From positions 3,152,411-3,184,410 of the forward strand of contig NC_020409.1 in assembly GCF_000341895.1 (NCBI RefSeq): a stretch of 32,000 bases of DNA, given 5' to 3'. Below, one piece after another: positions 1-7,430 of this stretch (positions are counted from its first letter, which is position 1; the number at the start of each line of letters is the position of its first letter). Position numbers and translations under genes: made by a program. The stretch is from Pseudodesulfovibrio piezophilus C1TLV30. Its GTDB lineage: Bacteria > Desulfobacterota > Desulfovibrionia > Desulfovibrionales > Desulfovibrionaceae. The notes under the pieces were generated by a model, which did not search any database, was not told where the DNA came from, and was given only the letters and a program-made list of their open reading frames with translations.

Positions 1-116
1 AATTTCGTGGATGAACGAAAGGTCTGCTCTTAACACCGATGCCTTTGACCCGGGAGGAATAAAAGAGAAAATGCAACCAAAAGTACATAATTCAAGTAAG
101 ATAGGAGAGCGTTAAA

Positions 117-470
117 ATGATGATCATGGTAAGAGCGATTGTACGGCCTGAAAAAGCGGATGATGTCTTGGCTGCCCTGATGGACAATGGTTTTCCGGCA
201 GTCACCAAATACTCCGTGGCTGGTCGCGGCAAGCAGCGCGGCATCAAGATCGGTGAAGTCACCTATGATGAAATCCCCAAGACCATGCTCATGAGCGTTG
301 TCAACGCCGCAGACAAGGACTTCGTCATCACGACAATCATGAACGCTGCGCGCTCCGGCACCAAAGGTGCTTTCGGTGATGGTAAGATTTTTGTTTCCGA
401 AGTCGAGGATGTCTACACCATCAGTTCCGGCGTCAACGATACTGCCGCCGCTTCCGAGGAGGCAGCATAA
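117..470 (+). CDS. nifI1: PII-family nitrogenase regulatory protein NifI1 (GlnB-like)
   Basis: 117-aa ORF with PII signatures (VRAIVRPEK, T-loop GRGKQRG, GDGKIFV). AGGAGAG lies 7 nt upstream of the ATG. Sits immediately 5' of nifI2-nifD-nifK. Confidence 0.9.
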   Translation: MMIMVRAIVRPEKADDVLAALMDNGFPAVTKYSVAGRGKQRGIKIGEVTYDEIPKTMLMSVVNAADKDFVITTIMNAARSGTKGAFGDGKIFVSEVEDVYTISSGVNDTAAASEEAA

Positions 471-844
471 TGAAGGAAATCATCGCAGTTGTGCGCATGG
501 ACATGATGAACCGCACCAAGGCTGCCTTGACTGAGGTTGGCGTGGATGCCTTCTTTGCTCACGAAGCACAGGGCCGAGGCAAGGGGTTTATCAACTCAAG
601 TGTCCTGGAAGGCGCTGAGAGCGGATACGAAGAAGCCGCAGCAGTCCTGGGAGAAAAAGGGAAATTGTATCCAAAGCGCATGTTGACGGCAGTAGTCACT
701 GACGATGTCGTGGAAGAGGTGGTGGAAGCAATCACCTCTGTCAACCAGACCGGGAAACCCGGCGATGGCAAGATTTTCGTCCTGCCTATTGGGGACGCAG
801 CCCGCGTCAGAACCTCTGAAACCGGCGAAAAGGCGATCGCCTAA
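470..844 (+). CDS. nifI2: PII-family nitrogenase regulatory protein NifI2 (GlnB-like, extended T-loop)
   Basis: 124-aa ORF with a PII fold (IIAVVR..., GRGKG, GDGKIFVLPI). Its ATG overlaps the nifI1 TAA by 1 nt (TAATG), with GAGGAGG upstream. Confidence 0.9.
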   Translation: MKEIIAVVRMDMMNRTKAALTEVGVDAFFAHEAQGRGKGFINSSVLEGAESGYEEAAAVLGEKGKLYPKRMLTAVVTDDVVEEVVEAITSVNQTGKPGDGKIFVLPIGDAARVRTSETGEKAIA

Positions 845-871
845 AGCGCCGCTTTGAAGGAGAGCAAATAC

Positions 872-2509
872 ATGGCTAAGACGAAAAAGGTCGTGCAGTT
901 CGATGCCGCCGATATCAAGGAAGAACTTCTCAAGAAGTATCCGCCCAAGGTGGCTCGCAAGCGCGCAAAGCAAATAATGATCAATGAGGCTCAGGAGTCC
1001 GAGACTCCGCCTGAGATCCTGGCAAATGTCCGTACCATCCCCGGTATCATCACCATGCGTGGATGCACTTATGCCGGTTGCAAGGGGGTTATCCTCGGCC
1101 CCACCCGTGATCTCGTAAATATCACCCACGGTCCCATTGGTTGTGGTTTCTATTCCTGGCTTACTCGCCGTAACCAGACTGAACCTGGACCGGACGGTGA
1201 TAACTACATGCCGTACTGTTTCTCGACCGATATGCAGGATCAGGACATCATCTTTGGTGGTGAAAAGAAACTCGCAGCAGCGATTCAGGAAGCATACGAC
1301 CTGTTTCATCCCAAGGGGATCGCCATATTCGCGACCTGCCCGGTCGGCCTGATTGGTGATGATGTCCACGCAGTGGCCAAAAAGATGAAAGCCAAATTCG
1401 GAGACTGTAACGTGTTCGGCTTCTCCTGCGAAGGATACAAGGGAGTTTCCCAGTCCGCAGGTCACCACATCGCGAATAACCAGGTCTTCACGCACCTGAT
1501 CGGTGAAAATGAGACCCCTTCTGAAGGCGAATACAAAATCAATCTCTTGGGTGAGTATAACATTGGTGGAGACGGTTTTGAGATAGATCGTATCTTCAAG
1601 AAGTGCGGTATCACCAATATCGCAACCTTCTCAGGCAACTCGTCCTATGATCAGTTCGCCTCTGCCCAGCATGCTGATTTGAGCGCGGTCATGTGTCATC
1701 GCTCTATCAACTATGTGGCTGATATGCTTGAAACTAAGTATGGCATTCCCTGGATAAAGGTCAACTTCATCGGAGCAGAGGCAACAGCGAAATCTCTGCG
1801 TAAGATTGCTGAATACTTTGGCGACAAGAAGCTTATCGATAAGGTCGAGGCTGTCATTGCAGAAGAGCTGGTCGAAGTGAAGACTGTCATCGAAGACGTT
1901 CGTTCGCGTACTGAAGGCAAAACAGCCATGATGTTTGTTGGTGGTTCACGTGCCCACCACTACAATGAACTGTTCGTCGAGATGGGAATGAAAACATTAT
2001 CCGCCGGGTATGAGTTCGGTCATCGTGATGATTACGAAGGGCGTGACGTTATCCCCACTCTTAAAGTTGATGCAGATTCTCGTAATATTGAAGAAATCGA
2101 AGTCGTGCAGGATGAAAAACTCTACAATCCGCGCAAAACACCGGAAGAGTACAAGGCTTTGGAAGATGCCGGATTTAAGTTCAAGCACTATGAAGGCATG
2201 AATCCAGATATGGATAAGGGATCTTTGATTATCGATGATCTCAATCAGTACGAAGCTGACAAGCTGGTGGAAATCCTCAAACCTGATCTCTTTTGCGCAG
2301 GTATCAAAGAGAAATTCTCCATTCAGAAACTGGGCATCCCCATGAAACAGTTGCACAGCTATGACTCCGGCGGCCCGTATGCCGGGTTCAAGGGCGCAGT
2401 CAATTTCTACAAGGAAATCGACCGTCTCGTGAACAGCAAGGTCTGGAGCTACATGAAGGCTCCCTGGCAGGAAAATCCTGAACTTACCGGCACCTTCGTG
2501 TGGGAATAA
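872..2509 (+). CDS. nifD: Nitrogenase MoFe protein alpha chain NifD
   Basis: Carries FeMo-co ligand motifs MCHRS and QLHSYD(S)GGPY, GHHIAN, and P-cluster Cys contexts (RGC, GPIGC, ATCPVG). I trimmed the start from the track TTG at 854 to the ATG at 872, which lies 7 nt after GAAGGAGAG. Confidence 0.97.
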   Translation: MAKTKKVVQFDAADIKEELLKKYPPKVARKRAKQIMINEAQESETPPEILANVRTIPGIITMRGCTYAGCKGVILGPTRDLVNITHGPIGCGFYSWLTRRNQTEPGPDGDNYMPYCFSTDMQDQDIIFGGEKKLAAAIQEAYDLFHPKGIAIFATCPVGLIGDDVHAVAKKMKAKFGDCNVFGFSCEGYKGVSQSAGHHIANNQVFTHLIGENETPSEGEYKINLLGEYNIGGDGFEIDRIFKKCGITNIATFSGNSSYDQFASAQHADLSAVMCHRSINYVADMLETKYGIPWIKVNFIGAEATAKSLRKIAEYFGDKKLIDKVEAVIAEELVEVKTVIEDVRSRTEGKTAMMFVGGSRAHHYNELFVEMGMKTLSAGYEFGHRDDYEGRDVIPTLKVDADSRNIEEIEVVQDEKLYNPRKTPEEYKALEDAGFKFKHYEGMNPDMDKGSLIIDDLNQYEADKLVEILKPDLFCAGIKEKFSIQKLGIPMKQLHSYDSGGPYAGFKGAVNFYKEIDRLVNSKVWSYMKAPWQENPELTGTFVWE

Positions 2510-2528
2510 CCGAGGGAGAGAGAAGACA

Positions 2529-3902
2529 ATGTTATTAAGACATACTAAAAAAGAAGTTGCTGACCGCAAGGCTCTGGTGATCAATCCGGCCAAGACATGT
2601 CAGCCTATCGGAGCCATGTACGCCGCCCTCGGTATTCACGGCTGCCTGCCTCATAGCCATGGTTCTCAGGGGTGCTGTGCGTATCATCGCTCCACCCTGA
2701 CACGTCACTATAAGGAACCCATTTCGGCCGCGACCAGTTCCTTTACTGAAGGAGCATCGGTTTTTGGCGGACAGGCCAACCTGGTGCAGGCCATCGACAA
2801 TATCTTCACGGTCTACGAGCCTGAAGTTATCGCAGTGCACACCACGTGTCTGTCCGAGACCATTGGTGATGACCTGAACCAGATTCGTACCAAGGCTCAG
2901 AAAGAAGGAAAGATCCCTGAAGGCAAGACTGTCATCGGAGCTCCCACTCCGAGCTATGTCGGTTCCCACGTCACCGGATTCTCCAATATGGTGAAAGCCA
3001 TGGCTCAGTTGGCTGAACCGTCTGGCAAGAAATCCGGCAAGGTCAATGTCATCCCCGGTTGGGTCGAACCTTCCGATATGGCCGAGATCAAGCGTCTCGC
3101 TGGTTTGATCGGTGTGGACATCACTCTGTTCCCTGATACTTCCGGTGTTCTCGATGCTCCGCTGACCGGAGAATACAAGATGTTCCCTGATGGAGGCGTT
3201 ACCGTCTCCGAACTCAAGAAGAGTGGCGATGCCATTGGAACTCTCGCTCTGGGTGAGTGGTGTTCGGCAGACGCTGCCCGCTGGCTCGATTCCAAATGCA
3301 AGGTGCCGTGCACTGTGCTGGATATGCCATTCGGACTGGCTGCCACTGACCGTTTCATTGATGTTCTGCGTACCGTGGCCGGAGTCTCTGTCCCCGATGC
3401 CGTGGCCACTGAACGTGGTCAGCTCGTGGATATGATTTCCGACATGCACCAGTACTTCTACGGCAAGCGTGTTGCCATCTGGGGCGACCCAGATCAGCTC
3501 ATCTCCATGTGTGAATTCCTGGTCTCTCTGGACATGCAACCCGTGTATGTCGTGACCGGAACTCCGGGCAAGAAGTTCGAGAAGCGGATTCAGGAAATCT
3601 GTGAAGGGCAGCCCTTTGAAGTCAAAGTCAAGGCCAAAGGCGATATGTTCCTGATGCACCAGTGGATCAAGAACGAGCCTGTCGATCTGCTTATCGGAAA
3701 TACCTATGGCAAGTACATTGCCCGTGACGAGGACATCCCGTTCTTGCGCTGGGGCTTCCCGATCCTGGATCGCCAGGGTCACCAGTACTTCCCGACAGTT
3801 GGCTACAAGGGCGGGCTCAGGTTGCTTGAAAAGATCCTGACCCTGTTCCTGGACCGTAAGGACCGCGACGATCCAGAACGGGTATTCGAACTCGTCCTGT
3901 AG
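2529..3902 (+). CDS. nifK: Nitrogenase MoFe protein beta chain NifK (short N-terminus type)
   Basis: 457-aa ORF with NifK motifs (NPAKTCQPIGA, HGSQGCCAY, TTCLSETIGDD, GFPI.DR). Follows nifD by 19 nt. Confidence 0.97.
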   Translation: MLLRHTKKEVADRKALVINPAKTCQPIGAMYAALGIHGCLPHSHGSQGCCAYHRSTLTRHYKEPISAATSSFTEGASVFGGQANLVQAIDNIFTVYEPEVIAVHTTCLSETIGDDLNQIRTKAQKEGKIPEGKTVIGAPTPSYVGSHVTGFSNMVKAMAQLAEPSGKKSGKVNVIPGWVEPSDMAEIKRLAGLIGVDITLFPDTSGVLDAPLTGEYKMFPDGGVTVSELKKSGDAIGTLALGEWCSADAARWLDSKCKVPCTVLDMPFGLAATDRFIDVLRTVAGVSVPDAVATERGQLVDMISDMHQYFYGKRVAIWGDPDQLISMCEFLVSLDMQPVYVVTGTPGKKFEKRIQEICEGQPFEVKVKAKGDMFLMHQWIKNEPVDLLIGNTYGKYIARDEDIPFLRWGFPILDRQGHQYFPTVGYKGGLRLLEKILTLFLDRKDRDDPERVFELVL

Positions 3903-3913
3903 CACTCCCATAC

Positions 3914-3949
3914 CCGCGGCGGAGAGCTTCCCCCTCCGCCGCGGCTTTT
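3914..3949 (+). terminator. Rho-independent terminator after nifK
   Basis: Perfect 11-bp stem: CCGCGGCGGAG (3914-3924) pairs with CTCCGCCGCGG (3934-3944). The loop is 9 nt and is followed by CTTTT. Confidence 0.7.
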
Positions 3950-4070
3950 GAAAGAGGCCCGATTGCCACGACGTCCACCTTTTGACATTCCGGTCCGACG
4001 GGCTGGACCGGAATACTTCTCCGGCATTCGGACCTTTTTGAAAAGCCGTAACATACAAAGGATACGCAGC

Positions 4071-5246
4071 ATGGCACCCAGCTCCACTTCATACGATACC
4101 CATCCTTGCTTCGGCCTTGCTTCACGCAAGAATGTCGGACGCCTGCATCTTCCTGTCGCTCCCCGGGCGAATTCAAAAATCAGATTTTCTGGTTTGATCA
4201 AGGCCAAGTCCGCCATGCTTCCGGAGGAGGCCATGACCTGGCTTAAAAGCGTGATATCCGAAGGGACAACTGTCGATGTCGTTGGGATTACCGGTCCCGG
4301 CGATCCCATGGCTGTGCCTGAGCCGACCCTTCGGACATTGAACATGGTTCATGCAGAATTTCCGAAAATTTCATTGTGCATGACCACCGTTGGTATCGGG
4401 AGTGCCAAGTATGCATCTGAACTGGCCGCACTCGGGCTTTCCCATGTCACATTGCTGGTGGACGCCGTCTCTCCAGAGGTCGCAGAGAACCTGTACGCCT
4501 GGGTTAGACCGTCAACCAAGACGGTTCCATTACCGGAAGCGGTTCAGCTTTTGATGAAAGATCAGGCCGATGCCGTGGTTGCTTTCAAGGAAGCAGGAAT
4601 CACCGTCAAGATCAATACCACGGTCTATCCGGGGATTAACGCCGGGCATGTGGAAGAGATCGCCTCAACCATGGCGAGCCTCGGCGCCGATATCATGGCA
4701 GTGGTTCCCTACAGGCCGGACCCTGACTGTACCGATGCTCCCGCCGAATGCGGTGCGGAGCTTATGGACACCATTCGCGAGGGGGTGGCGCGTCACCTGC
4801 ATCTCATGCCTGCCTGGGAGGACTGTGGCGAGGACATCGTCGGTCTGACTTCACTCGAAAAGCGCGACGCCCCTATTTCTGTGCTGCCCAAGCCCATAGC
4901 CGATCGTCCCAACGTGGCCGTTGTCAGTTCAGGTGGTATGGACGTGGACCTGCATCTTGGCCACGCGGTCAAGGTTTTGATCTATGGCCCACGAGAAGAT
5001 GGCCTGCCATGTCTGCTGGAATCCAGGGATGCGCCTGAACCCGGTTCCGGTTCCAGGCGTTGGAAAGACCTTTCCAAGCTGCTGAAGGATTGCTTTGTGC
5101 TCCTGACCGCGAGTGCAGGCGAAAAACCACGACAAATTTTGAGCCGCGATGGGCTGTCAGTCCTGATCACCGATGGGGAGATCGCAGGGACGGTAGACGT
5201 GCTTTATGGCGGCGGAAAAAAAGGCAAGAAATTCCGCAAACAATAG
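4071..5246 (+). CDS. NifB-like protein lacking the radical-SAM CxxxCxxC motif, with NifX-like C-terminal domain
   Basis: By eye it is collinear with the true NifB at 8989-10263: HPCF, GRLHLPVAP, GPGDP, LSHVT, LGADI and a NifX-like tail. Where NifB has CNIQCNYC, this protein has ANSKIRFS. The start was trimmed from the track TTG at 3948, which lies inside the terminator, to the ATG at 4071. Confidence 0.8.
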   Translation: MAPSSTSYDTHPCFGLASRKNVGRLHLPVAPRANSKIRFSGLIKAKSAMLPEEAMTWLKSVISEGTTVDVVGITGPGDPMAVPEPTLRTLNMVHAEFPKISLCMTTVGIGSAKYASELAALGLSHVTLLVDAVSPEVAENLYAWVRPSTKTVPLPEAVQLLMKDQADAVVAFKEAGITVKINTTVYPGINAGHVEEIASTMASLGADIMAVVPYRPDPDCTDAPAECGAELMDTIREGVARHLHLMPAWEDCGEDIVGLTSLEKRDAPISVLPKPIADRPNVAVVSSGGMDVDLHLGHAVKVLIYGPREDGLPCLLESRDAPEPGSGSRRWKDLSKLLKDCFVLLTASAGEKPRQILSRDGLSVLITDGEIAGTVDVLYGGGKKGKKFRKQ

Positions 5247-5261
5247 CGAGGAGAATCAATC

Positions 5262-5564
5262 ATGGCCGTACCTGAGAGAATGATCATTTGTTGTCAGAGT
5301 TTTCGTGCAGCAGGCGAACCCAAAGGCATCTGTCACAAGCAGACCGATGGTTTCCTGCAGTACATCGAGGAAGAAATCCTGGACCGTGGTCTGGATGCCC
5401 TGGTTGTCGCCACAACCTGTCTCAAGCAGTGTGAATCCGGTCCGATCATGGTCGTTCAGCCTGAGAACTGGTGGTTCAAGGGTGTGGATAGTGAAGCGGT
5501 CATTGATGAGATTCTTGATGCTTTGGAAGACGGCGAACCCTGCGCTGCTTACCTTGCCGCATAA
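5262..5564 (+). CDS. Thioredoxin-like [2Fe-2S] ferredoxin
   Basis: 100-aa ORF with the Cys pattern CC-x12-C ... C-x3-C (IICCQSF, GICHK, TTCLKQCESGP), typical of thioredoxin-fold 2Fe-2S ferredoxins. GAGGAGA RBS. Confidence 0.8.
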   Translation: MAVPERMIICCQSFRAAGEPKGICHKQTDGFLQYIEEEILDRGLDALVVATTCLKQCESGPIMVVQPENWWFKGVDSEAVIDEILDALEDGEPCAAYLAA

Positions 5565-6044
5565 AAATTGAGAGAGTCCGATGTCTGAAGCCGCCGTCAT
5601 CCGCCCCGCAATGAGTGTCCCCTTGACAGGGTACAGTGCTCCGCTCAGGTCGCTGACCTTTATGAGAGAGAGTGTCACGCTTGATGCACTGGAGCTGCGG
5701 CGCGGTCTGGAAAAGATGCTGAACAACGGTCGGGGACGCATCCTGATCGCGTCGAGTTCCAGCATGACTGAAGCTGGAGCCTGTTCGGGGCTTTTGATGG
5801 CACCCATGGCTCAAGACAGTCCCGCCCTCCCGAAAGGGAACATGCTTTCCCCAGTGGGAAGGCGGGACTCGGACATCGGTTCACAGTTGCAAGACAGGGG
5901 CACGGGACGGGGACTGCGCTCGGAGACGGCTCGAATACGTTTCGGGAAGGCATCGCCCCTGCCATCCTTTGCCCACTGTCCTGTTGTTAACAGACCGGAA
6001 TTCCGGCTGTCATGTTCAGGGACCAACTCATAAGGGGAAGACTC

Positions 6045-7430
6045 ATGAGTACGACGATCTTGGAAGAAAGAAAGGATCAGATCCACCGGACCGGTGAGGG
6101 CGCTATTGACATCGCCTGCAATCGTGAATCCTTGGCGGGCGCGGTCAGCCAGCGTGCGTGTGTATTCTGTGGTTCCCGCGTGGTTCTGTATCCTATTGCC
6201 GATGCCCTACATCTTGTGCATGGCCCCATCGGTTGTGCTGTCTATACCTGGGATATCCGGGGAGCGCTTTCCAGTGGCCCGGAGCTTCATAGGCTTTCCT
6301 TTTCTACGGACCTTCAGGAGATCGATGTCATTTTCGGTGGGGAAAAGAAGCTGTCGGCAGCGCTTGATGAATTGATTGACCGGCATCAGCCCAAGGCTGC
6401 TTTTGTCTACTCCACCTGTATTGTCGGTTTGATCGGTGATGATCTTGAAGCCGTCTGTCGCAAAATGAGCGAAGAGAAGGGGATTCCGGTTCTGCCGGTC
6501 ATGTCCGAGGGATTCAAGGGAAACAAGAGAGCTGGGTATCTTGCCGCGTGCAAGGCGATGTTCCGGTTGATCGGCACACGCGATACTTCAGGGATTACTC
6601 CCATATCCATCAATATTTTTGGCGATTTCAATCTCGCTGGCGAGATATGGATCATTCGCGAATATTTCAGGCGCATGGGCGTGGAAGTCGTGGCAAACGT
6701 CACGGGTGATGGCCGTGTCAACGACATTGGGCGCTGCCATGGTGCCGCCTTAAATCTCGTCCAATGTTCTGGTTCAACTCTTGATCTGGCCAAAATGATG
6801 GAAGAAAAATATGGGATTCCCTATTTGCGGGTCTCCTATCTCGGTATCGAGGATATGGCTGATTCGCTCTATCAGGTGGCCGACTTTTTCAAGGATCAGG
6901 ATACTGGGATCGTTGAACGCACCCAGGAGCTTGTCCGTGAAGAACTTGCCTCGCTCATGCCTGAATTGGCCCAGTACAGGAAAGATTTGGATGGGAGAAA
7001 AGTTGCTATGTACGTCGGCGGTTCTTTCAAGGCTTTCTCGCTGGTCAAGGCATTTCGTCACCTCGGCATGAAGGTTGTCATGGTCGGGTCCCAGACCGGG
7101 ACCAAGGAAGATTATGCCGAATTGGAGCAGATCACTGATCCGGGCACAATCATTGTTGATGATGCCAACCCCTTGGAACTTTCCGCGTTCATCAAGGAAA
7201 AGGACGTCGATCTTTTTGTGGGTGGCGTCAAAGAGCGGCCTATAGCCTACAAATTGGGCGTTGGCTTTTGTGATCATAACCACGAACGCAAAGAAGCATT
7301 GGAAGGTTTCGAAGGTATGCTCAATTTTGCTCGTGAAGTTCATTCCTCTGTCATGTCCCCCGTGTGGAATTTTGTGCCCCGTCGCGCCAATCGCGTGCTT
7401 GAAGCCGAAAAGGAGGCTGTCAATGAGTAA
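6045..7430 (+). CDS. nifE: Nitrogenase FeMo-cofactor biosynthesis scaffold NifE
   Basis: NifD-like fold with NifE motifs (ACVFCGSR, HGPIGCA, STCIVGLIGDD, GFCDHNHER). The ATG at 6045 follows AAGGGGAAG; the track start at 6012 was trimmed. Confidence 0.93.
   Translation: MSTTILEERKDQIHRTGEGAIDIACNRESLAGAVSQRACVFCGSRVVLYPIADALHLVHGPIGCAVYTWDIRGALSSGPELHRLSFSTDLQEIDVIFGGEKKLSAALDELIDRHQPKAAFVYSTCIVGLIGDDLEAVCRKMSEEKGIPVLPVMSEGFKGNKRAGYLAACKAMFRLIGTRDTSGITPISINIFGDFNLAGEIWIIREYFRRMGVEVVANVTGDGRVNDIGRCHGAALNLVQCSGSTLDLAKMMEEKYGIPYLRVSYLGIEDMADSLYQVADFFKDQDTGIVERTQELVREELASLMPELAQYRKDLDGRKVAMYVGGSFKAFSLVKAFRHLGMKVVMVGSQTGTKEDYAELEQITDPGTIIVDDANPLELSAFIKEKDVDLFVGGVKERPIAYKLGVGFCDHNHERKEALEGFEGMLNFAREVHSSVMSPVWNFVPRRANRVLEAEKEAVNE

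Noticed and set aside
1-115. Possible 3' end of an upstream gene at the window edge. nifH is expected before nifI1. Frame 1 ends NFVDERKVCS* at position 33; frame 2 stays open to 115.
   Set aside because: Too short to recognise. Neither reading matches NifH C-termini that I can recall, so no call was made.
854-871. N-terminal extensions in the supplied ORF track, starting at 854, 3948, 6012, 7261, 8923, 12830 (-), 16408 (-), 17435, 24600 (-), 26546 and 29586.
   Set aside because: In each case an internal ATG preceded by a Shine-Dalgarno-like purine run gives an N-terminus matching the family. The extension also overlaps the upstream gene, a terminator or the RBS itself.
2535-4058. Very long ORFs antisense to or overlapping real genes. 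Examples: 2535-4058 (-) 507 aa, 596-1495 (-), 1997-2593 (-), 6774-7541 (-), 8218-9060 (-), 9439-10413 (-), 13561-14706 (-), 18941-19645 (-), 21336-21932 (-), 22307-23224 (-), 25052-26017 (+), 11670-12329 (+).
   Set aside because: These are shadow ORFs opposite strongly supported genes (nifK, nifD, nifE/N, nifB, TauE-like, HK, PpsA-like, phosphatase, lutA/B, Mo-enzyme). Their translations are low-complexity, Arg/Ser/Gly/Pro-rich and carry no recognisable motifs.
5977-5992. TGT-N10-ACA (TGTCCTGTTGTTAACA), the generic NifA upstream-activator pattern, before nifE.
   Set aside because: Only 53 nt from the nifE ATG, with no acceptable GG-N10-GC sigma-54 element between it and the start. The pattern is short and expected by chance.
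5581-6033. 150-aa plus-strand ORF filling the fdx-nifE spacer.
   Set aside because: Low-complexity sequence with frequent AGG, AGA, CGA and GGA codons that the flanking genes avoid. Equally long ORFs on the opposite strand overlap it (5500-5814, 5675-5965, 5811-6086). No family recognised. Kept as an unexplained region in the findings, not as a CDS.
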